From NCBI GenBank assembly GCA_025603075.1, contig MU626390.1, positions 1-57,109 on the forward strand: a DNA stretch of 57,109 nucleotides, given 5' to 3'. The stretch comes from Neoconidiobolus thromboides FSU 785 (taxonomy: Eukaryota > Fungi > Entomophthoromycota). The position numbers were made by a program, and so were the translations under genes. Of the stretch, positions 41,011 to 51,480 are shown in pieces; position 1 is the stretch's first letter; each line of letters starts with the position of its first letter. The notes under the pieces were generated by a model, which searched no databases, was not told where the DNA came from, and saw only the letters and a program-made list of their open reading frames with translations.

Positions 41011-41109
41011 GGAGATGTATTTTTTTGTTTAAGAGTTTTACTAACAATCCTTTCACTCAAATAGCACTTAAAAAACGAAAAAAAGGATGAAGCTAGAAAA
41101 AACATCCCC
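41011..41109 (-). mobile_element. MITE copy 13
   Basis: Inverted copy GGAGATGTAT...AACATCCCC; TSD AGAT/AGAT. Confidence 0.9.
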
Positions 41110-41487
41110 AGATAAATTTTTGCATACTACTTTGTTATGACTCTTAAATAACAAAAAATAGTTAAGAAATTTTGCCAAGGTTTTTTAAAAATTTTATCAT
41201 TAATATAGAACAACATCTTTCAAGTAATTCGTTCTAGGATATATTATAAAAAGGGACCTACATCATTTCCAAAGCTCTAATAACTTTCAAAATATCCTAT
41301 TGAAAATATTCTTTTAAATAGCCTATTTATTATAATTTAATAACATATTTTTTTCAACTAGTTAATCTTAGTTTATTCAAAAATTCAATTTATTTTCACA
41401 TTGTAAATCTTATTATAAACAATAAAACCTTTATAAAAGTGCCTTTATTTGAATTAAAAAATAAAATAAGATAAAATACAAAGGGCA

Positions 41488-43269
41488 CTATTTTACTTTT
41501 GAGTATTCAATACTTTCAATATTATCTGTTGCTAAATTGTAGAAATTATTGATACTGCTTAACCCATTCATATAGTTTATTCCATCTTTAATAATACCAT
41601 TAAAATTCAACATACTTTTACCTTTGTATTTTAAAAGGAATATTAAGCATTGAATAATCATCCCTAGACCAAAATGAAACATATGATAAGAGGGTAGCCT
41701 TATCCCATAACTAATGACTAAATAGCATTCTATTAGTATAGTATTGAAATAATCTGTTTCTTTCATTTCTTTACTTTGATTATAGTCATTTAAAGTGGAA
41801 ATTTGTGGGAATTTTAAAGATTGAATAATAAATTTTAAATAGTGTGAAAAAAATAATATTATTTGTTGATATTTCAATGCCTTAGTGCGATATGTTTTTG
41901 AACTATTAATAACTCCCACTAAAATCAAAAGTTTATAATAATGGCTCCTCAGAAAATCTGCTTTGTTCATTAGTTTAAATATTGTTCTACTTAGAGAGCT
42001 ACCACAGCTCCCCAGTTCTATATGGCTTTCTTTGAGTAAAAGTATTGAGAAAGTGATAAGACTGAAATCGTTATAAAATGAACTTAAAATAATATTGCAA
42101 TCAAGATCAAAAGCTCTACTGTTTTGATCTTCAGTAGAGACTATTTTGCAAGTCAATAGCCTATCTAAAATTTCGATATACTTTATACTTAAATATCTAG
42201 GCCTTTCAGGTTTTGAAAAATAACTCCCGGATACTAATTTATATGCAAGTTGTATCATTGTAATCGAGGAATATGTCATGGCACGTTCTAGCTTATACAT
42301 GGTATCCATATTTTTGTATGTCATATGTAGCCCAAGGGTTTGTGCCAGCTTCTCAAATATGGCAAGATATAGTTCAAATTGATCCCGTATCCAAGTAATA
42401 GAACTAAAACCTACTAACAATGCTGCGATTGATTGTAAATTGCTCAGGCTCGGTTTAATCTGATGTGGTATACCTATTACTATCCTCAGTTTAGCTTTAA
42501 AGTATTCCATTAAATTACTAGCAATTTCACATTTCTCCATGTATTTTAAACCACACACTAGTATAGCCATTCTTAAAGTCTCATTCTTTGACGATAGTTT
42601 GAAATTTTCTCTTACAAACATGGGAAATGTTTTATTGTTATAAGCAAAATAATTATCTATAGCTTTATTTATTATTGAGTTAAAATAGTTTATGTTTTCA
42701 AAATTAAATATACTAAAATAATCAGTCCAATGTTTTCGCACAAGTGCTGCTAAATTTATACTTGATTTTAATAATGCAGAAAGGTATATAGCTTCTGCTG
42801 TTGTAGGTGAGCGCTTTGGTAGAATTATTATATTGCGTAAGCTCATTATCCGGTGAATATTTTGGAAGTTGCCAAAGGAAGCATATAGCTCTCTATTGTT
42901 ATCAGGCGATTTGACTTGCTCGTATTTATTAAGTAAATCTATTACAGATGACTTATTTTTTGAGCTTAAACTACACTTGTATGGTTTGTTTTTCCTATCC
43001 GTTTTTATTACAGTCGTTACAAAAACTCTTTTTTCCTTTTTCTTTTTATTATTTTGCTTAAGTGGATCCATAACTTTAAAACTCATTATGTTCTCCTCAA
43101 TCATATACAGTTGTTTACCATATGCATTCTTACTTGGATAACTGCATTCTTTTTGCCTTTTTTCACAATACAGACATTTGGGCAATAATCTATCGCATTT
43201 ACGATGAAGTTGGACACACCTGTCACATCTGTTTTGACTACGAGTTATAGTACTACTAGCTTTTAGCAT
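41488..43269 (-). CDS. Zn2Cys6 transcription factor, cluster paralog C (intronless)
   Basis: CDRCVQLHRKCDRLLPKCLYCEKRQKEC; closest to paralog B (KNxYxKQL, ERAMxYS, FGLGxIxQCxIFL). Confidence 0.9.
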   Translation of the reverse strand: MLKASSTITRSQNRCDRCVQLHRKCDRLLPKCLYCEKRQKECSYPSKNAYGKQLYMIEENIMSFKVMDPLKQNNKKKKEKRVFVTTVIKTDRKNKPYKCSLSSKNKSSVIDLLNKYEQVKSPDNNRELYASFGNFQNIHRIMSLRNIIILPKRSPTTAEAIYLSALLKSSINLAALVRKHWTDYFSIFNFENINYFNSIINKAIDNYFAYNNKTFPMFVRENFKLSSKNETLRMAILVCGLKYMEKCEIASNLMEYFKAKLRIVIGIPHQIKPSLSNLQSIAALLVGFSSITWIRDQFELYLAIFEKLAQTLGLHMTYKNMDTMYKLERAMTYSSITMIQLAYKLVSGSYFSKPERPRYLSIKYIEILDRLLTCKIVSTEDQNSRAFDLDCNIILSSFYNDFSLITFSILLLKESHIELGSCGSSLSRTIFKLMNKADFLRSHYYKLLILVGVINSSKTYRTKALKYQQIILFFSHYLKFIIQSLKFPQISTLNDYNQSKEMKETDYFNTILIECYLVISYGIRLPSYHMFHFGLGMIIQCLIFLLKYKGKSMLNFNGIIKDGINYMNGLSSINNFYNLATDNIESIEYSKVK

Positions 43270-44362
43270 TGAAATTAAAATTAATTAAAAACTATTTTAA
43301 TATAAATTTATTTAGCTTATATACTATATAGGAATGCCTTTTCATTAAGATTTTTAAAGTTTTGTGATAGTGAGCTTTAATATTCTAATTCGCTATTTGT
43401 CCGTTTAGCCGAAAGTAAATTTATTAATCTAAAGTTTTGATAAAACAAATACTTTATCCTTTTACTGTTTATATTTTTGGTCAAAACTAAAAGCAAGATT
43501 ACAAATGATGCTAATGGGGGACAATAAATAATCTAGATCTTAATAAAGAAAATCTAGATGTCAGTATAAAGTCTAGGTTTATTTAATATTGGGAGATTAA
43601 AAACAAAGTTGGCTTAATAAAGTTATTATTTAAACTTAAATTAGAATGAATGTTAGTATACAAAATTTACTATACGATGTTATATAAAATCGAGTTGATT
43701 AAAAAAAATTGTAAGTTATGACTCAAATTAACTATAAACCAACATCTCTCTACCTTGAATATAAATACCCCATTGTTAACAAAAACAACCTCACCGTCTA
43801 CTATACAGTTAACAGCCGAAATTGAATGTTCGAAACTTTTCTCGGTTATTTCTTTAGAGACATGAGTTTAACCCCTTGAGTATTTACTAAACTTGAAAGC
43901 TAATCTCTGTTTGAATTTTTCTCTCATACCTTATAGGCTAAATCCTCTGAACTCCGTTTTTAAAAAAAACTATGATGTACTTGCTTTTTTGCACTGTATT
44001 TCATATAAATTCTGTAGATTTGGACCCAACTTTGGTTGAAAAGTTCTATTAAACCGTATTCTTAAATTTACTAGCATGGAAGCCATACCTTAAAAGAATA
44101 AAACTCAAGTATATTGTATCAATATTAAAAGCAATAGTAAATTATCATATCTAATACTCATTGTTTTAGCATCAATTTAAAACTAAAGTTCCACTTTAGG
44201 ATATTTTTAAACAATAATGAATTATTAGGTAAAGGATATATTACTTTAGCTTTATAGTCTAATAAAGATTCCTATAAATTAATCAAAAAAGTATAAAGTG
44301 CAATAATATTGACTTCTCAATCTTATTTTTTAATAAGAATTTTAAAAGATCAATAATGATAT

Positions 44363-44461
44363 GGGGATGATTCTTTTGATTTCATTACTTTTTCCATTTT
44401 TTAAGCGCTATTTGAACGAAAAGATCGTTGATAAAATCCTCAAACAAAAAAATAAATCCCC
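44363..44461 (+). mobile_element. MITE copy 14
   Basis: GGGGATGATTCTTTTG...AAATAAATCCCC; TSD ATAT/ATAT. Confidence 0.9.
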
Positions 44462-44579
44462 ATATGCTTAGGAATTTGTTTTCTTTATTTATAAAAATCA
44501 AGTAACAGCAATGAGTTTAGCCGACTGCCAAGTAATTTAAACTGTTAAAAATATATATTTATATATCACTTTGTGTATT

Positions 44580-45850
44580 CCAACTACCAAAAAAAACTTC
44601 GAAAGTGCGATATTTCTAGGTTCCTAGATTATGCAAAAGGTATTTTAGTAGTTTTTTTTATAAAATATGACCTAGTCATCGCGCCTTTTTTAGCATATTA
44701 ACTTTAGTAAGTTGGCTATATAAGTAAAAAGTATACTTTCTGAATAATTTATTATTTTGTTCTATTAGATCTTTCTATAAGTGCTATTTTACTTGAAAAA
44801 TCGTCAGATGTTATTGGCTGCAACAGTGAATTCAATTTATGTCAAAAACAAGATCTATCATCTTATACTAAAAACTATTCATTATTGCAATACATAAACT
44901 CTTACCATGTTAGATTTACTCGAATAAAGAGCTTATGAAAGAATCTAACAAACATCATTAAATAAATTCAACATTCTTACTTTTCAACTTAATTTCTATA
45001 ATGGATGATAATGAAATTAAAGGATGCTTATTGACTACCTTTTAGATGAGTTGAGAAGTGAATTTGAGTTTTCACATAGAACTAAACAGCAAATAAGCTA
45101 CATACAATCGGTTTCTCTATTAATAGCGAACTTTCACTCAGCTCTATGAATATATAAAAACATAGATAAATACTTGATATACTTAGATATACTTAATGAA
45201 GCTTAAGTCTATCTCTTTTTACTCCAAATACTAAAAAAGAGTTAAAGGCCAAAAGATTTCAAAATTCATTGTACAACTGCTTTATGCTCTTTCTATAATA
45301 ACCTGACATCAATAACATATTCACCTATCTTATTAAAGCAAGATTTCCAAAATCCAAATACCAACCTATATTTGGATTCAGGTGATAAATTAATATCCTT
45401 AATTGAGAGAATCAGATATACTGAAGCCTATTACATTACATTATTTTTTTTTCAAAAATTGAAATAAAGTTTACTAGTACAATATATATCTCAATAATAA
45501 AGATTTATCAAATTTGTATTTTATTTCGATCTCAGTATTATGTTTTTTGTTTATATTGTAAAGTTTTACAATTTAGACCATTCATCAAGAGTAAATCACT
45601 CAAACTCTGGAGCTGATTTTGATTATCGAAATAATGTTTTAAAAAGATGCCCTTTACTGTTAGTTATTCGTTCGAATACCAGTGAGCTGTTTAGTTAACC
45701 ATTGTATAAGTTTATTTGCATAAGGTGTTGTCTTCCTTTTATGTTAGAATGAAAAAGTTAATTCCAAGTACAAAACAGTTTTAAATATAAGTCTAAGTCA
45801 TTTGACTCGTTTAGGAAAGCCATAAAGATCCGGCTTAATGAAAAAACTGT
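44580..45850 (+). pseudogene. Decayed fifth paralog of the Zn2Cys6 cluster family (closest to paralog A)
   Basis: Family motifs appear in colinear order across frameshifts and stops: VLLDLS (44759), MDDNEI (45001), LIDYLLDELRSEF...IQSVSLLI (45024), DFKIHCTTALCSFYNNLTSITY...LLKQDF (45255), LIERI, FSKIEIKF, VKFYN (45558), YRNNVLKRC, CIRCCLPFML. In-frame stops at 45147, 45204 and 45243. Confidence 0.82.
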
Positions 45851-46118
45851 TAATAGTGACATTAACCGGTAAATTTTGTCAAGTCACTTATTAACAAATA
45901 AAATTAGTATACTATTTTTCTTTCAATTATTTATTATAACCTAATGATTGCCTTGTAGAACATAATTAAATTTAAATGTCAAATTCTAAATAAAAGGTTA
46001 AAAATAATTGTTATTAAGGTATTTATACAAAACGATAAGATAATAAAATCAGACACCTAAATTATCATTTTATCATTAGTTGTTTGTTCTATAATAAAGT
46101 TATTATATTACTGTTCCT

Positions 46119-46216
46119 GGGGATGTATTTTCTTGTTTAAGAATTTCACTAATAATACTTTCACTCAAATAGTGTTTAAAAAGTGGAAAAGTAATGAAAC
46201 CGAAAAAAATATTTCT
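46119..46216 (-). mobile_element. MITE copy 15
   Basis: Inverted copy; far terminus eroded by C>T (CATCCCC to TATTTCT); TSD TCCT/TCCT. Confidence 0.87.
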
Positions 46217-46423
46217 TCCTGTTGTAACTTCTACCTTGGTTCAATTTTTGCTTTTTGGGGCTCTTGATTGAATCATTAAAATTGTATGACTAAACTTTTA
46301 GATCATAAACTAGGTAAAAGCTTTTTAAATCAAGGCAAAAATTATAACGGGAAGAGTAGTAGCTAGGAGCAAAAATTCGACTTACCTTTGTCCAAATAAG
46401 TAAACTGCTTAAATTTCAATTAT

Positions 46424-46516
46424 GGAGAGTGTTTTTTAGTTTCATTACTTTTTCCATTTTTTAAGCGCTACTTGAGCGGAAAAATTATTAGCAAAATTTA
46501 ACAAAAAGTACTTCCT
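46424..46516 (+). mobile_element. MITE copy 16
   Basis: GGAGAGTGTTTTTTAGTTTCATTAC...AAGCGCTACTTGAGCGGAAAA...TACTTCCT; TSD ambiguous; about 380 bp upstream of paralog D. Confidence 0.85.
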
Positions 46517-46899
46517 ATTCTTGACTTTCTTAAGCAAAGTTTTCTAAAAGTGAGTCTTCAACAAGAGTATATTTAATAACCCAAGCCTATATTAACCATT
46601 AAGTATATATATTTATAGTTTGTAAGTATTTAACAAAAACAACAATACCTTTAATGTATCTTACTTATTTTATTTAAAAAATATAACCATATTTGATTAT
46701 TAAACTTATTTTGAATTTTATTTAAATTTTTACTTGCCAAAATTGATTGGTACAAGTTAAAAGTTGATGACTAAAGCAGAAGCTACTAAATTTAGGAAAA
46801 AAGTAAAGTAAACTCAATTGAATCTAATCTTTAACATGACCAAACTAATTCTAAAAAAAGTTTTACTTTTGATCTAAATAACAATTCAGTAAATTGAAG

Positions 46900-48618
46900 A
46901 TGCCAACCCTAAAAACACCGAGTAAGAGTCAATTACGATGCAATCAATGTATAAAGATCCATCGACAGTGCTGCCGTAGTTTACCAGAATGCGAACGATG
47001 TACTCAAAGAGGAGTAACATGCACTTATACTTTAAAAACGAATTATAAAAAGCAAACATACAAGTTTGAAGATAAAGTAGCCACATTTCGAGTGAATGAA
47101 CCCATTGAAGAACAACTTGAAATTACAAAAAAGGTAACAGAAGACTCCAATTATCAAACTAAGTTTCGGTTTAATGTGATCAGATTACCTAAAGATTTTA
47201 ATAAAAATTATACCGTTATATCCATTATGCAACAATTCCCACGTAAAGAAGCATTGGGTAATTTAATGACATTGATTCAATATCCATCTCCCTATAAACC
47301 TAGTGAAGGTATAAGTTTATTTTTAAAGTTAACGGAAAAGCTGGGCATCTTTGTACGCAAACAATTACAAAAGGTAAAATTAGAACAGAAAAGCATTGAG
47401 CATTCTAATGAAAATCAAACCATCTTGAATTTAGCTTATCAACATTATTTTGATTATAATAATTTAATTTTGCCTTTATTTATTGAAAGAGAGTTTCAAT
47501 TCGATACTAAAAATACCGTATTAAAAGCAGCCATCTTAGCCTCCGGTTTATCTTGGTTAAAACCTGATTCAACTATCACCAGGCTATTAAAGTATTTTGA
47601 AGCTAAACTATATAACAATTTACACCTGTGTTACAAAATCTCACCAACTTTAGAAAATTTACAAATTATAATAATCACCATCTCTAGTTTGTCTTCTTTC
47701 TCATGGCTCGGTAAATTAAAAGAAAAATTACTAGCTCAGGCTTATAGGATCACCACTTTTTTAGCTATTCATAAAACATGTTACAAATTATCAAAAACTC
47801 GTAATCAAGAACGAGGATTAGCTTATTCTGCTTTAATTTATTTACATTTAAATTCCAATGTCTTAGCTGGTAATTATTTACCTATTCCCTTTAAATCGGA
47901 AGCTTTAATGGCAGTCTTTATAACCATACAAGCCCAATTAACTAACAACAATAGAAAGAGGGAGTTGAATTTAACTAAAGTATGCCATATTCTCTTTAGT
48001 TCTTATTACAATGAGTTGGCTATTTTAATATATGATTTATGTCTGTTAAAAAACGAGTACATTAATTGTAATCAATCGCCTTCTCAGCTAGCCAACAAAA
48101 GCAAAGAATTATTAAATCAATTAAAACAAATATCCTTTAAATATGTGATGTTGTTTACAAAATTGGGCAATTTTAAGGGTGTTAAAAATAAACTAGAAAT
48201 AATCAACCAGTTTAAAAATCATATATTGTTTAATTATCATTATCATAACTATTTTATAAATTCATTAAAATTTTATACACCGACTCATCCTGATAAAGCC
48301 ACTACTGAAACTCCACCGGCTGATATTGAACAAATCAATAATACTTTATCACAATGTCAACAGATTATTAAGTATGCTGATTTACTACCTAAATTTCATA
48401 TGCTTACTTTTGGTATAGCTCAATTGGCTCAATGTTTAATGTTTGTTAAAAGGTATAAAAAGAAAGAAGATACAGGGCTACAAACTAGTTTACTTTCAGG
48501 TGAATTGTATTTAAAAGGGCTGATGGAAGTCGAAAGTTTTGCTATGATGGTACGACTAAATCTTTGGTTATTGGGACTCGTTGAAGATAGCTTAGGAAAG
48601 GGTGGAAAGAGGAAATAA
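46900..48618 (+). CDS. Zn2Cys6 transcription factor, cluster paralog D (intronless)
   Basis: ATG at 46900 (the track starts at TTG 46894); CNQCIKIHRQCCRSLPECERCTQRGVTC; NLMTLIQYPS, ISPTLENLQ, ERGLAYS, SLKFY. Confidence 0.9.
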   Translation: MPTLKTPSKSQLRCNQCIKIHRQCCRSLPECERCTQRGVTCTYTLKTNYKKQTYKFEDKVATFRVNEPIEEQLEITKKVTEDSNYQTKFRFNVIRLPKDFNKNYTVISIMQQFPRKEALGNLMTLIQYPSPYKPSEGISLFLKLTEKLGIFVRKQLQKVKLEQKSIEHSNENQTILNLAYQHYFDYNNLILPLFIEREFQFDTKNTVLKAAILASGLSWLKPDSTITRLLKYFEAKLYNNLHLCYKISPTLENLQIIIITISSLSSFSWLGKLKEKLLAQAYRITTFLAIHKTCYKLSKTRNQERGLAYSALIYLHLNSNVLAGNYLPIPFKSEALMAVFITIQAQLTNNNRKRELNLTKVCHILFSSYYNELAILIYDLCLLKNEYINCNQSPSQLANKSKELLNQLKQISFKYVMLFTKLGNFKGVKNKLEIINQFKNHILFNYHYHNYFINSLKFYTPTHPDKATTETPPADIEQINNTLSQCQQIIKYADLLPKFHMLTFGIAQLAQCLMFVKRYKKKEDTGLQTSLLSGELYLKGLMEVESFAMMVRLNLWLLGLVEDSLGKGGKRK

Positions 48619-49529
48619 AATGAGAGAAAGTAATGAGCTGTATATAGAAGAAGGCCATATATTTTATTTATGAATAAATGTAGTTAGCTTAGTTTTTTGT
48701 TGTATTTTTGAAATTTCATAGTTCATATTGACTCTTGTATCATTTCTTTATGACTGTTACTTGTATCTTAAACTATTGCTATTTCATGAACTAAGTTTAA
48801 ATTTAATAATGACTTTTAAGATGTTATAATTGGTCTTTAAGTTTGAAATATTATCTAAACTAATTTAAGTTTAAATTCAGCGCTAATTTATAAGTCCGAT
48901 CATATTTTTCCAAAAAAACAATTTAACTCCGATTATTAAAAAAAAAAACTTCATTTTCACTAATAACTTATAGCAAAAGATTTATTTAATATAATGGAAA
49001 ACTTAATGAGATTAAGTGAATGTCTTTACAAATTAGGAGTAAGCTTATCGATCTATGATATTTAAAAGGCTAAAAAGTAAGACCCTTCTTTACCACCACT
49101 AATCATAAATACAATAAACTGGGACTTTTTTGAAATTGCCTTCCTATGTAAGATTTTGCAAAACTAAGCATTAAATAATACTTCCAAATTAATCCATTAT
49201 TAAGGCTCCACTATTGCTTTCTGGTCAAAATGATACAAATTGTCATTACAGCTAACTGTATTATGTTGACCATTATTAGTTCTTGATTACAATAGACATT
49301 TTAATAAGTATAAATACACTTAAAAACATGAAAGAAAAGGCTGCAATGTGAAAAAGTTAATGCTAGAATTAATTGATTTGGTCAACAATCTCACCCTACG
49401 CAGTAGATTTAAAATCCACCTATAAAAATTGAATTATATTCAACCATTCAAATCAGCATAAAAAACCTTCTGCACTTTATTTGAACTTTTTAGCTTTCAA
49501 TTCCTCAATCTCAAACAACGTAATAAAAA

Positions 49530-51336
49530 ATGGTAGTTGCTTGTTTACGCTGTCGTAAAGATAAAAAGAAGTGTGATGGGGTTCAACCTTTGTGTACCCG
49601 GTGTAATACCAAAGACTGGTCCTGTGCGTATCCAGAGGTAGCTAGACAGCCTAGAGTCAAAGTATCAGAAATAAGAAAAAAGGTGACTTATCTTGAAGGA
49701 ATAATAAAGAAGTTAGGGTTGGATAACTTGAGTAAATGGAACGGTGCGAAAATTGATAGTATTATTGATCAATATAGATGTGATAATTTTTATAATAATA
49801 ATGATGGATTCAACATGAATTTTAAATTGAGAGAAAATATGTTAAGTAATTTTATAAATAGCAATACAAGTACAAGTATGACTAAAAGGGTCAAGCAGCC
49901 ATACTTAAATTATCTAATGAGGGTCTTTATTGATCATTGTCACCCAACGTTACCATTTATAAGCTTAGAAAAGTTACGATCTTATCAATCAGAAGTGGAT
50001 ATCAACTCCGCATTGATGTGTGCTATATTATGTAAAACGCATCGTTATTTACAACAGATAAAAAACAAGTCCACTTTAAATCCACCATTAAATGAAGATA
50101 GGTTTTATAACCATGTCATCTATCTATTACAAAACAACAATAGTTATCAAAGCTTATCCGACTTACAAGCAGAAATTCTTATTGGTTTTGAAGAGTTTGG
50201 GCAAAACTTAAAAGACATATGTTCCCAAAGAGATGTGAAAATCATGGCTAGAGCACACATCCTAAACTTACATAACCTTACCAGCTATACTGAATCAATT
50301 ACTAAATTGAATGATACTGAAAATAGGTTTGAAAGAGTAACTACATGGATTACTTGTATTTTTTATGATCAAATAATAGCTATGTTTACAAAAAAACCGA
50401 CATTGACACCAGCACAATTTTTGGAACAAAGTTATATTGAAGAAATACAAAGGATTGATAGTGAGATTTTTGGTAGAGGAAACAGTGTGTATAATGGAAG
50501 CATGAATATTGATAGGAAAGATTCGATCAAAAGTAATGGATTATCATTGACACCACCTTCGTTGTCTTATGATAAAGATTCAGATACTTCCAGTGAGGTA
50601 AGTTAAATAGTAATATTATGATATACTACAAAATTAATATAAGCTTATTTTTTAGTCTCCTAATACTAGCTTATATTATAATAAATACCTTAGACATCAT
50701 AACAAAAGCTGTTTAAGTCATTTGATTCAGTTTCCTAGGTTAGTATACTTATGGGGTAAAGTTTATACAACTAAATATGAAATAATGTTAGGTAAAAACG
50801 GAGAAGAAGAATTGAAAAAATATCGACAATTTTTTTTAAATGCAATTGAAATTAGTAATTCTAGTGTCTGTAGCTTACAGTTTAACAGTAGAGATTTTAA
50901 TACACATACTTATATTGAAGATAACACCTTATTACTGAGATTACAATTATATCTTATGCTACAAGTGATACAAATGGAAGCTTATCAAGCGTTGATCGTT
51001 ACAGCCAATATCGAAAAGGATAAGAAACACTCTTTAGTTCAAGTAGATAGAATTAATGAAATTGAGAATATATATAAGCCTAAGATGATATTAGCTTATT
51101 TAAATATAATGAAAGTATATCATCATGAGATCGATAATTATTGGGATCCCTTTTTATTTAGTAGTATATTTTTAGTTATACCATTATTGGGGGCTGTTTT
51201 ATTAGCTGAAAAAGAAAAATTAAATCAATTAAAACAAGTTGATTTTAATTATGGTAGAGACAAATTATATGAATGTGTAATAGCTTGGCCTTTGGTTTCT
51301 TTTAAAATTGATCATGCTAAAGTAAATCAGTGTTAA
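49530..51336 (+). CDS. Canonical Zn2Cys6 transcription factor unrelated to the A-D family (2 exons)
   Basis: CLRCRKDKKKCDGVQPLCTRCNTKDWSC, a coiled coil, FIDHCHPTLPFI and RFERVTTWITCIFYD; intron 50598-50655 joins the 50722 ORF in frame. Confidence 0.88.
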
Positions 51337-51480
51337 TTTGACCTATTTTTTATTATTCCAAGCAATACTAGTATTTAAAGTTTTTTATATTGAAATAAAA
51401 AAGAGTAAATTTTTATTAAATAATATATATTCAATAATAATTCCAATAATAATGTAATTATATAACTTAATAGCCTAATT

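Noticed and set aside
37489-48618. Mirror arrangement B(-) C(-) / pseudogene(+) D(+) as one inverted duplication
   Set aside because: B and C are each other's closest relatives and the pseudogene resembles A, which does not fit a single inverted event.
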